The notes beneath the pieces were generated by a model. That model did not search any database. It had not been told where the DNA came from and saw only the letters and a program-made list of their open reading frames with translations. Positions 20,747 to 34,300 of a stretch of 64,000 nucleotides of DNA are shown piece by piece. Each line of letters opens with the position of its first letter. Within the stretch, counting starts at the first letter, position 1. The translations under genes were made by a program, and so were the position numbers. The DNA lies in the NCBI GenBank assembly GCA_964270895.1, contig OZ185435.1; one strand, written 5' to 3'. Origin of the DNA: Podarcis filfolensis (Eukaryota).

Positions 20747-23700
20747 ATGGACACTGATCTCAGCTCCCAGGACAGGAAGGACCTGGACAAGTTCATCAAA
20801 TTTTTTGCCCTGAAGGTAATTTTTTGTTTTTTGGAATAGAAGTAAAAAAAAAAAAATCCACATTCCTGTTGCACTGTGACAAACCAAAACTCCCTGTACT
20901 TATTGCAGTGCCACATGCTGCCGTGCCATAATGTTGATTGATGCAATGTCAAAACCTTTTAAAACAACATTTTCTGCTGATCTCTGACTTCATTTGGATT
21001 TCTAAAAATATAGATTATAGTATCAAAACAAAACAAAGCCCCATAGTCATCCAGCTTTTGAATATGACAAGCTCTTATTTGACTGTCAGGTGACTTGTCT
21101 GCAGACCTTGGGACTGAATCACATATGCTTAAGAGTCAAGGAAAGGGAGTTTGGAACTGGGATTCCAGGTAGACAAAGCAGGAAGCCACACAGTGGTGAG
21201 GTTAGGGAAGGGAAGGGAAGGGAGGTATCTAGATATCAAAGCCTTGCTTATAGACAGCATCCTATAGCATCCATTGATTGTCCTGCGCTGATTGACTGAG
21301 ATTAGTATAGATGTTGCAGAGCAAGCTGGTAAAGCGTATGTACAGATTAAAGGAGAAATGTATGGTTTTACCAACAAGAGAGGTGAATGATCTCGACAGC
21401 AAGAGGGGAAGGATAAAATCATGGAAGACCAACAAAAACACTGAAGTAGTGAAAGCGGTTACTTTTGTTTCTGTGTTTCATCTCATCTCTCTCCTGTTTA
21501 GTAACAAATCTTGACTTCTCACAAATCTCATATTTTCTCTTTCAGACTGTACAAGTGATTGTCCAGGCCCGACTTGGTGAAAAAATCTGTACTCGATCAT
21601 CATCCTCGCCAACAGGCTCTGACTGGGTAAACTATATTCCTCATAGCAATCCCATTATTCCCATACTTGTGTCATGTTAAGATACAGGAAACAAAAGACT
21701 GAAGCAGAACTGCAGACATAGAACCATACAAAAATGTTAAAACAGAATTCCTTTTCTTTTTAACCACATAAAACTACTATTTGGGCATCTTGTGGTACTG
21801 GATATAAAAATAATATATATGTCTGAATAGTTTCTACCTCAGCTGATTCTGGGTAGATTTCTCTTAATTGCTTTTCATCTGTGGCTCAGATAAAAGCTCT
21901 CAAGAGAGGAACTGTTAATAGAGAGAACAAGGAAGGAGCTGGGAAATTTTTGTGATGATATTATCTGCTTTACAAAAAAAAAAGTAAAGCAAGACTGTTA
22001 TTAGTAATCATCAGTGTGTGACAGCAGAGAATATTTTGTCCTGTTGTCATCTTGATACGAATCTAATGTGTACCCCAAATTTCAAAACCTGGAAACCAAA
22101 AAAGTATTTGCTTGCAAATGTAAATGTGGCATCAAATCTAATGCGCACACTAATTTTTGTGATGAAATTTGGCAAAAAAGGGTGTGCATTACATTTGAGT
22201 AAATACAGTAAGTTGTAAGTTCCAATACATACATTCCTGTTGTGTGACACATGGTAGATTTCTCAAATAAGTTCCTCAAAAGTAAAATCAACTCTCTTAA
22301 TTTTGCAGTTCAACTTAGCAATCAAAGATATCCCAGAAGTTACCCATGAAGCAAAAAAAGCCTTGGCAGGACAGCTGCCTGCTGTTGGGCGGTCAATGTG
22401 TGTGGAAATCTCTCTCAAAACCTCTGAGGTAAAGCCTAAGCAAAACTATACTTCTGCCATCTTCATGTTTTAAGGCTCATGTCAGCAATGTCTTCATACT
22501 ATACACATGATATCTATTGCAAGCGTTTTTTAGCGCACCACTACTGACACTGTTAAGGAGAGTCTATACATAAAAAAGAGCCACCCTAGGTCATAAACTG
22601 CAGTTACTATGTTGTTGTCACATTCTTTATAGAGGGTTGTGTAGAGGCACCCTAACTATCCAAAATAGTTTTTCAGCCTAAATACAGTATCTGTTTTTAA
22701 AAGAATCATCATTAGAAAAATAAAACATGAACTGTATGATGGTTACCACGTATAGGGTTGAGCTTTAAACAAGCAAACAAACTGCTTTCAACAAACAGCC
22801 CACCAGAAGCATGTGGGCTGGGGCCAAACTGTTGAGGCCATTTGTAAGTATATTTGTCATTTGAAGTCAAAAGGAAGCTGAGCGCATCTCACAAGGGGGG
22901 AAAGGTGCTCCTGTTTTTATATACATATCTTTAATCTTATGAATCAGAAGGAGCAAACCATAACTACAAATTCATTATTACATGAAGTATTTTGAATTTT
23001 GTGTCTCCATTCAACTTCCAAAGGAACCACAGTAAAATCAAAAAAGATTATTCATATGATGATAAACTTATTTTGCAGGTTTTTCCCATTCATTGAGCAT
23101 CTCACAAAGATGTTATTTAAACATTCCTTTTTCCACTGCAGGGGGATTCCATGGAGTTGGAAATTTGGTGTTTGGAAATGAATGAAAAGTAAGTGTGTGT
23201 TGCTGATTCTTGTCCAATAAGCAGATATTCCTTGGCTGACTGAGTGCATAAGGGCACAGGACTTCATCTGAATACTAGTTGCTGGGAAACAACAATGGGA
23301 GAGGGCTGTTGCACTCATGTTCTGTTTGTGGGCTTCCCATATGCATTTGGTTGGCCACTGTGGGAAACAGAATACTCAACTAAATAGTTATTTGGTCTGA
23401 TACAGCAGGACTCTTCTTATGTTCTTAGTCATGTTCACAGTTTCCCCACTTGCTTTGAAGCAGATATAACAGGGTAGAGCTAAAACCATGTGAGGTTTGG
23501 ATTATCTTCAATGACTATAGTTGCAAGCCAATATGGTTAAATGGTAATAGCAACCACTCCGTGTGCACTCAGGTTTAGGAAATGCATTAATTACAAAATA
23601 GGAAAGTTGAGTTAAATTAGGTTGTTTTCTGTTGGTTGTTTTGGTTGTTGGTGATTTTAAATGACTAATTTAAATCAATTCACCCTGGATCTAAAAGGGC

Positions 23701-25260
23701 AGTTATTATTAGATGGCAGAAAGCTCTAAAATAAATCCTCCTATTGACCCATGATTTAAATAGCCTGTTTTGATTTAACAATGTTGTAGAAGACACTGGA
23801 GTTAAATTATCTACAGTGAGTCAGCAGTTTAGTTCTGATTTATTTTTTTTTAATTCTGCATCAGGCAAACATAATTAGCCACAAGCATCTGCTGCTTCGT
23901 AGCTTTTACTTGTCTCCTAGACTAGAAAAATTGCAAAGGGGCTTAAGGTTTTATGACAGTTATCATTCAAGTAAGAGAGAACTCTTGGTATCTGTTAGCT
24001 GAGAAATTCAAGTGTCTTTTCACAGAACATACCTGCTCAGTATTTAAAGTCATGTGTATCTTTTTGGCTAGGTGCTGAAGTACAAGGATTTCTAATTGAT
24101 TAAAAATAAGAATTATGCAAGATAATTGTATAGGTATCTACAAGCTATATAAGAAAATAAGCTACAAAATGCTCAAAAACTTAACAGTGATTAATTCTAG
24201 TACAAGATTATTTGTAACTTCTGCAAATACTTTTTTGCAATTAGATAAATATTCTTTGAGAACAAATTGCATAAGGTATATGAATAGATTGTCTTTCTGA
24301 GGGCAGGTTGTAATCTCAATTGCTTCTATTTTACATGGCTAAATCTAAAATAAACCACAAATGTCACTGTCTCTAGCTTGTATTAGTGTACTTTGTGTCA
24401 CTTCATTGAGAATATTGGACTAACTCATTTCTGTGTGCTTTTTAGGTGTGATAAAGAAATCAAAGTTTCCTACACTGTGTACAACAGACTGTCTCTATTA
24501 CTGAAGTCTTTACTTGCTATAACAAGGGTGACTCCAGCCTACAGACTCTCTAGGAAACAAGGTCATGAATATGTAATATTGTACAGGTAATAAATATTGA
24601 AATAGAAACAATAGAACTATTGGCTCTTATGCACTTTTCCCACTTATTTTTTCCTATGGTATTTTGCAATTCTTGATCAACGCTTCATTATTTTTCTTTA
24701 GCTTCTCCATATTCTTAGAATATCTTTCCCTTTAAAAGCCAACTTGCTTCCTCAGTTGTTTCCTTTAAAAGGATCCTTAGTTAAAACATAACTTTTTTCT
24801 CCCATCTTTGTCTTAGAACATGTCTGGTAGTTAATGAACTGCTAAAGGTTTGGCAGGTGAGGGGGGATCCTTTTTAAATAGAAAAGGCAAGCCTGAATTG
24901 GGTTTTGCAATGGTATTTCTGGTTCATCTGATGACCAGTGAATGGAATATGAGCTGTGGGTTCAGATTTCCAGCTCAGCCATGAATTTACTGGATGACGG
25001 CATTGGACAAACTGCTGTCTTTCAGTCCCAGTTAATAATAATAATAAATTGTTATTTATATCCCGCCCTCCCCAGCCGAAGCCGGGCTCAGGGCGGCTAA
25101 CAACAATGTACTCATGAGTAAAAGGCAATAATACTCAGATAAATATTCTATAGGTAAAGAATCTTAATCTTGTAAAGTACTTTGTAAATCAGAAGACCCA
25201 GCTCAATGATAAACACTTAGTGCACCTGACTTTATACTACCTAGTAGACTATATTTAATG

Positions 25261-25307
<47 letters not shown>

Positions 25308-28300
25308 TATACTTCGGAGAAGTTCAGCTGAGTGGCTTGGGAGAAGGTATGGTTTGGCTATGAACAAACTAGCTGAAGACTTAAAAAAATTACTATATAC
25401 CAGTAACATGAAGGATTTTGGATGTAGGGGAAATTAGGAGAGTCCCTTACTGGAGGTCAATAATAGCAATATATCGTTTATTAACAGCACGTGCATCAGT
25501 CCCTACATGGACTAGCACAATTAGTAAAATAACTTTTTTTAAAAAGGTGCTGAGAGATTTATTAGGAAGAGATATGCCTTCAGTAAGGGATATGGCGGGA
25601 GAGCATATTGTTATCCCTTTGTTGCTAGCAGAATGACATAAACTGTCTTTCAGCAACAGAGATATGGCAAATCAATCTTTATCTTTAATGCTGACTATTA
25701 AATTATTATTATTATTATTATTGGTAATTTTTCTTCTATTTCCATAGGATTTCAGACCGTCCGTGTTGGGACAGTGGGTACTCCATTAGGCACCATCACT
25801 TTGTCCTGTGCCTACAGAATCAACCTAGCTTTCATGTCTACCAGGTGAGAGCATGAGAGTCAAACTAATCCACATTTTCCAGGACACTTTCCATTTCTGA
25901 AGCCCAAAATCCTGGGCTTCTCAGATTTTGTGGAGTGATATTGTTTGGTAGCCCTGAGTCATGCTCCTGAACACCAATTTCCTTGTTCATGTGTGGAGTT
26001 GCAGGGTTGAATTGTGGGGATGCTCTGCTTCCCATTAACTGATGCAGAAGAGCAGTCTAGCTGTCAGAATTGGGGTTGCAGCAGAGAAGAGAACACAGTC
26101 TTATGAATAACACCATTTGCTTGTTGCATTGCAGGCAGTTTGAGAGGACCCCACCTATCATGGGGATTATCATTGATCACTTTGTGGACCGTCCCTACCC
26201 CAGCTCCTCACCCATGCATCCCTGCAATTACAGGTGAGGAAATGCAAATCACAGATCATAGGTGAAGGCAGTTCTTCCCAAATACAGAGCCTCTACATCA
26301 TGCACTGCTAGGTGGAGAAAAGAAAAAGTCCTTACATGAAATGGAAAACCCTGCATTTTCTATTCTATAAGAAGTGGGTGAATGGCATATGGTCTAGAGG
26401 ATTCTTAGACTTTCAGACTCTCTCCAGTTCATGTAGACAGTGGTTCACATGAATTCTCATTTGCATCATTAGTATATAATCAGAAAAAAATACAATGCAG
26501 AGTGAAAACTCTTAACTGCTAAGTGAAATGAGTTGCAGAAGAAAGCTAACACAGTGCATTGCAAGCATTGATTTTAGTGTTTGTACACTCAAGTGTCAGC
26601 ATTCAAAAGCATTCGTGGTTCATTTATTTCATATAGTTTTCAAATACTGGATCTACTTTAATTTGTGAAAGGGAATGTTTACCAGCAGATGCTTCTGCTG
26701 GAGGAAGAGAGGCTGGAGGTATGCCATCTCCCTCACTTTTTGCAACCCTCGGGAGCAGTGAAACTAGGAACTGATGAATAACTACCCCCTCCTTATCCAG
26801 CGGAAGCATCTTGGAAGTGGAATTCCACTTATGGGAAGCCTAGAGCCAACCCATTGCAATGTATAATATTTTGACAAAGAATCATAGAATTTTAGAGTTT
26901 GAAGGATCCTCTAGTCCAACCCTCTGCAGTGCAGGAATCTCAACTGAAGCATACATAACAGGTGGTCATAAAAATCAAAGGGTTCTTTTAGTAAAAGGTT
27001 TTATTTTATAAACATTTCCTTTGCAGTCAGACCAAAAGCAATGATAAGGTGCTTTAAACTGGCTTTGAAGCTACATTTTGTACATCTCTACAGCATAGCT
27101 GTCAACATTTCCCTTTTCTTGTGAGGGATCCTATTCGGAATAAGGGAATTTCCCTTTAAAAAAGGGAAACGTTGACAGCTATGTTCTACAGCTGGTAGCA
27201 TAGGTAACATTTATCAGGAAGAATCTTCCTAACAAAAACTAAAAGGCAGATAGGTGAATAATGTTTCATACTTCTCCTGGACAAATAAAATCCAGACTTA
27301 ATCCACTCTAGTAGCATTTATTTAAACCCCAATAAGGAAAGAGTTAGAGCTCCTTCATAATTCTCCTTTCAACTCCACTCAGATGTTCTGGGTCTGTCTA
27401 CAATGTCTGTCTCTGTATGTACTTTAAATCTTGCGTTTTATTGAACATTCCCATTTTGAAGTATATCTCCTCCTGTTACAGAACAGCTGGTGAGGAAAAT
27501 GCATACCCATCAGTGGAAGATTCTCAAGAAGCCTGCACCACCTCTTTTTCTACTTCTCCACCATCACAGGTAAACAATTTTTCAGAGACCATTGTATGTT
27601 TTCCAGCATGCCTCTTTCAGAAAGGCAGCTAGCTGTACTGTCATGTTTGCCAACAAGGCACGTTTTAGTTTACAGACACTTGTATTTTTAGTTAACATTT
27701 TAAGAAATTGAATATTACAGATTGTTAGACAAATAAAAAAATGAAGGTTACTGAAAACTAAATGATAGTTTACTGCATCTGTGCCTAATGATAAATTTCC
27801 TTGTGCATACATTTCACTTCTACAAAAATTCTGTCTCTTTATAGATAAAACAATGTGGTATTGGTCACACTTGATTGCACAGAGTACAATTTAAGTTCTG
27901 AATCAATTTTGCTGACAATCTGTTGATTGCAGAGTATTCACCTGTTTCCATCCTGCTGCAATTTAAAAACCTTTCTCTATACCTGGCAATTGTAAAAAAC
28001 TTAAAGATGGGTCACTTTTCTTTTCTCTTCTCTGTTCCTTTTAAAACTTTGCATACTCAGGCCGATGTATTCAATAGATTTAAAAGACTGGCAAAGAGCC
28101 TTTGGAGCTGTGCAGTTGGTGTTGAAGGTTTAGTTTTCGAATCTCCTTCACTAGGGCAACCCTGGTGTGGAAATGAGTTTCTGATTGCATTTCCAGAAGA
28201 GAAGATATGTAAACAGATGTTGTTAGGGAAGGAGAAGGGATGTAACACTTGTGGTGCACGTAATCCTAGGAAACTGCTGAGGATCATATCTTAACTTCAG

Positions 28301-31300
28301 GCTAGAGGATGAGGGCATGCTCTACAGGCAGCTGTGGGTTGGGCACAGCCTTCTGCTTCACCCCTGTTTTCCTGGATCAAAGTGTCCAGTTCCAATTTAT
28401 GTATGTTTTGGGGCACTCTAAATATTTTTGCCTTATGCTTAGGGGCTCTCCTGGTTGCCCAGTCAAATATCACAGAAGAAACAAGTTCCTATAAAAGGTT
28501 CTGAATCTGTTACTTCAGTTGCCTCAATCAAACTCTAGTTTGAAGACACAGTGCTTCTGACCTTGACAGCCAGCACAGCTGATGAGTTTGTGGCTCAAGG
28601 CTTTTTCTCTGTTCTTGATAGGGTTTGTGCTCAGCTGCTCTGTAACAGGGTGAGGTATCTTTAAAAAAAACAACAGTGTTTGACAAAGCCTATTGTCTTA
28701 CTGTTTGTATTGAACCTTCAAGCCTAGTGCAACTGGAGATTGCTTTGATCACTGAGATGCATGAGGACTTAGTGTGATCTCCACTTTATATAGCTCCCCC
28801 TTCGCTCAGTTGTCACCAACAGCTATTCAAGCCTAGTTGTTAAGATGATCAATAATAATAATAATAATAATAATTCCTACTACATCTGATTTTAGAAGAG
28901 AGTTTCAGGCTGTTGGTTATATATGATCAGCAGTGAATTCATTGATAAAGACTACAACTAGGAACACTTTTTTTTATTTCAGTTTCCTGACATTTTAAAC
29001 CCTTTATAAGGCATGCAGCTCAACTGCAATTCTGCAACTCTTTGACATGTATGAATGTTTCTCATAGCTGTAGCCACAGTCCTCACCAACATTCACTTCA
29101 TCCAATTCTTTTCAGTTTTTCTTTCTGAAGTCTTTTTCTTTCTTTTCCTTTTGTGTTTTCTTTTGTGCGTCTGTGTTCAGTGTGTATTTACTGTCACTAA
29201 AGCACATTTTCAGACCCCTCCTCCTGTCGTGATGGATACATTGAAGGGCCCTTTGATGGGGCTGACCTTTTCACATCAAGTGAGTTCATAGTAGAAAAAA
29301 ATATGTTTGGCCTGACAACACCTTTAAAATAAAGAAGGTGCATGACAAAAGTATTTTTTCACTAACTAGTAAATCATTTTCCTTAGATTTGGCTCTTTAG
29401 GCTGGTTAGCCTAAAATAAAACATGCATTTGAGTTTAATGTGCTTAGACGTTTGCAAAATCTGTTCAGTTACTGACTACCTTTTAGAAAAGAAAATGAAT
29501 CAAACATCTCTGAAGTTATAAATTTATTGTCTTTATTGCTGAACAGGAAATTTGCAAAGAAGCAATGAAAATATGTAGTTTAGACCACAGGGCAAACTGT
29601 ATAGAGCAATTGTAGAATACTGATTGCTTCGTGGAATACAGTTTTCTGGAAATTGCTGTATGTTTTCTTGAGTTGACCAGGGGACAGGAAATAAACAGTA
29701 TTTTTCACCTCTGAAGAAATTAAAAGTTTATTGTCACCATTGTAAAGGGCTGAAGCAGTTATTGTACCTCAGGAGTCAATTTTATTCTAGTGGATTAATT
29801 TTGTTACAGTTGGCCTTAGACATTGGCTTTTGGAGCACATTAATTAATTACTGTGAGCCCAGTATTCCACATAGGCATTTCTTCTGTTTCTTTTCCAGAG
29901 CTTTCCGATAGCCCAGTGAGGAATTTAATATTTTGTTGTCCAATGTTTTTCTGTAGCTGTTTCAGACTGTGCTTTGGGGGTGTGATACCAATAGATTCTA
30001 TTTTTTAATGTTACCTGAGTCATTTTGAAAACAGTCCTGTTTTTATTTGTTTGAATTCCCTGAAATCCTGTTTTCATTTGTTTTATATGCTTTTACACAA
30101 CTGTTCTTTTAAGGGTTTGATGTAGTATTCTTGTTTTAATGATATTGTTTATTAGGTTATATATACAATTTAAAGATTTTTAAAATATTAAGCAGAGGAA
30201 GGTTTGGGCTATGAGGTGGACTTTCACATTGAGGACTATAAAATGCCTGCTCTGGAAACTTTTGCCTCTATAACTGAGATGCAGAATGTGAGACTTTATG
30301 TTCGGGCTTTGCCCTTCTTGGTGTGGGAGTCAAAGAGAGGCATGCAGTTGGTCACATGATTTGTTTGACAATGAACCTATATCCACAGTTAGAGTCTGCT
30401 GTCAGAGCAATGGTTTTCCAGGCTTCTTCTGTAGCATTTATTTAATAAAGGCAGTGAAAATCAATAGGAAGTTGAAGTAGCATATAACAATAATATATAA
30501 AACATTTCAATAAAACACAGAACAGTCATTTAAAAAAAACTCATAGAAAACAAATAATAAACACAGCTTTTAAGTAATTGCTCTCTTGTCCAGCATGTTA
30601 TTGGTCAACATACTTCATACTATCCTCTCAGTCCTATATGAATGTCATCTCCATCATTTGTAGGTGTTGAGCATCATTTTAAAGCAAAATCCAGGCTTGA
30701 GAGTGGTCCCTGGTAATCCTAAACACAACTTGAAAATAAGTTCCATTGAAATCGGTGGCAACTTTTTCTTTTAAGTAAAGATGTTTAGGATTGGTTTGGT
30801 TTAGTTTGGTTTTGTGTGTGCATGTGGCTCAGACTACCTCAGCTCCAGCCTAGTATTTTATTCTGTAAATCGGATTTCTTTTCCTGGCCTTTTCCAGTAA
30901 TTCTGAAAATTATTCAGACTGTGTGGGGTTTTCCCTTTCTCTTTCTCTCCCTTTCCCTTTCCCCCTCTCATTTCTTAGCTCTCCAGCTCTCGTCTTTCTT
31001 ATCAGCCTACAGCCCTGGGAGTTGGATCAGCTGACCTGGCCTACCCAGTAGTCTTTGCTGGCGGCTTGAGTGCTGCACATCCTCACCAGGTATTCTTAGA
31101 GGTTTGAGACCATTTTATATGTCTCATAGCTAACTCTGTTCCTTAACTGTTGACATATTTCTCCATCCATTCTTACCCCATTATTTTACTTGTAGGGTAC
31201 AGTCAGAGCTGAGCAACATGAGAAGCAGCCTTGCTTTGCCTGTTAAGAAATTTGAAGGCTTTCTGCCATAAAGCAAAGAAAACTGGAGGATATCCTAGTC

Positions 31301-34300
31301 AAGTGCTGGGAATGTGGGGCCAGTGCCCAGCTTTCTTTGTCGTGTCTGGTTATCACTCTCCTTAGTTGATAATTTCTTCTGGTGCTCCCTGTCTTAACTT
31401 CATTGTAAGTGACTGAGATCCTCTCCAGCTCTCTTTACCTGTTGGTAGGAAGCCTTCAGGCAGAACCAGGCTGTTTCTCATATCATGAGTATAACATGTA
31501 ACCAGCTGTCAGCTACCTATCATTGAGAGTCAGGCAACCATACATTTGAAAATAAAAGAGCCTAGAGCTTTTTTAAATGAATACTAAAATAACTAATTTT
31601 CTTATCCCTTTCTCCTCCAGTTGATGGTTCCAGGGAAGGATGGAGGAGTGCCCTTGATTCCTAGCCAACCAGTTCATGGCACTCAGGCTGATCATGAGAG
31701 AATGGCCACATGCACCCCTTTGGATGGGGGTCACTACTCTGCAGTTACTCCAGCTAGCAGGTAAGTTTTCCATCTCTCCATGGTGATTCACAGTCTTACT
31801 ACAGGTTTTAAAAATAATAATTCATTTGCTAGGCTATAAGCAGCTTTCTGGAAAGAGGTAGTTAGGAAGATCATTAGAGGATTTTAACTTTCCCTAATTC
31901 AGATTCTTTTTCCTCCCTTTCTTTCCCCCCAAAGTGAAAGTGCAGAGAAAGCATGTGTAAGTAGGATTCTCCTACATTTGCAGTAACTACAGCCCTGTAG
32001 GAAGATAGGACAGTAATTTTACAAATCCAACAGCTGTTTGATAGAATGTTTTCATAGTAAAATGCATCTACACACATAAAATCAACATTCAGTAATTACA
32101 GTAACTTTCACTATTCTTGATGGATCAGCACCTAAAGTTCAGCATTGTTTCGGACTTTGGAAACTTTACAAATTTCAGTAGCAGCTAAAAATGTAAGAAC
32201 TGGAGCTGTACTCTTGGTAAGATCTACATCTGTCTGATCCAGCTACTTTTAATGCCACTATTTCCACCTTGTGACACTTCATTAGTTCCACATACTAGAC
32301 TCTTCATTAGTAATAATAAAGTAGTTGTGGTTTCATTTCTGTAAAATGACTGACTGCAGGTACTAAAGCATAGTTGTAGCTTCTAACAAGAATACCTCAA
32401 ACACCAATTCCTGCAGAGCTTCTGTTAGGGTTAAGCACAAACCTTGCCTTTAGAGTTGAGGACAGTACCAACACTGACATTTGCAGTTTAATACTGGTAG
32501 CTTTGGCAAACTTAACATTTCTATTTTTCCTGAGGATGTACCGTATTTTTTGCACCATAACACTCACTTTTTTCCTCCTAGAAAGTAAGGGGAAATGTCT
32601 GTGCGTGTTATGGAGCGAATGCCTGTGGGTGGCGGGGGGATCTGCTGCAGTCGTGAGCAGAGGATCCATGGTTCCCCTTCCTTCCCTCCTCCGTGGTTAC
32701 AAAGCATGGATCCACATGGATCCTCAGGATTTTTTTTGCATTGGGCTACTCCAAACTCACTGTCAGATCACATGTCTGTGGCCACAGCATGAACCACAAA
32801 AATCATATATCCACTATTTTGTTTAGAGTATTTTTTTTCTTGTTTTCCTCCTCTAAAGACTACGTGCGTGTTATGGTCTGGTGTGTGTTATAGAGCGAAA
32901 AATACGGTAATTTAGACAAGCGCCTGGGATGCTAGTCTCAAATTGCCCACTGTCTGTCGCCTTAAATAAACTTAAATAAACATGCAAACACTTCATCTTC
33001 ACTTGTAAAGCTGTAACACTATTTAATACTGTCCAGCCAGCACTGCTGTACAGTTCAATTTCTTGATGTTAGTACATTTCAATTAATGTTAGGAAGCTCC
33101 CACAAGCTTAGAAGAAGCCAATTTAGTGTTTTTTATGTTTATGTGTGATATCAATATATACAGATTGACAGATCCACATGTGCCAATTAATCACCATATT
33201 TGACAGGAATAAATCATCCATGCATACTACACCTCAAAGTCATGAAATGGGATACAAATGCAATAAAAAATAGGGCTTTCAAAAGTTGAACAGGTGTAGG
33301 GGGCACTATTTGGTCTAGGGCCTGTTCACGTGTATTCCATAATCTCTGAGTAGTGCCCCTGTTCATATGGCTGTAATCTCTCTCTCCACACCTGTACCTG
33401 CATCCATGAGGGATATGATCAGGAGGCTCTAAAGGCCTGGAATGACATTGCCTTTTGAAGACATTTATGGTGTAGATATTAATTCAACATACAAATCACA
33501 ACTTGAAGTGGGGAGATACCCATGAAAATATTAAGAAAACAAAATCCATTGAGGAAAATTCTGTTTTGCACAAAGAAAGAGAAAAGAGTAGTGAAATATT
33601 CTGTGGGAACAGTTTTGTAGTCTTTTATCCAGAATGTGGCTGGGAGGGTTCTGTTCAAATTGTATGACACAAATCCTCCACCAACTTCACTGGTTACCAG
33701 TTTGTTCTCAGGCTCAGTTCAACATGTTGGCTTTGATATTTAAAATCTTGGGACCACAATATGTTAAGACACACACACCCTGCAAATGAGTCTGTCCAGG
33801 ATTTCTACTCCACTTTGGAGACCTTCCTTTGGGATCACCACCTTCACCACTATCTGAAATACAGCAAGTGGGTACCCAGGAGAGGGCCTTTTCAGTTTTA
33901 CTTGGGATGACTACTGAGATAACTTTGATTCACCATGAACTTTGCTGATATTTTTTACACATTATGCATTGTCCTTTGTGTGTAGAATACTGCCTTTTGT
34001 ACCTGCAGTAGAACATATGGGTAAACAAATAATACACTCTCATGTACCAGTGCTTCATTCCAGAGCTCGTGCAGAGCAAGAAAAACAAAAGGAAATCAAT
34101 TAATACCCCTTCTCTTTTCTCTCTCAGTGAGGACACAGAAACTGTATCAAACAGCAGTGAAGGAAAGAGTGGGTCCCCACATGATCTCTGGGAGACAATA
34201 TTTGTGCGGAAGGTGGGAGCCTTTGTCAATAAACCTATCAACCAGGTAATTTAAGTTCATTGCTCTTGGAGACTTTGTGTCAGAAATATGGTGGTTGCAA

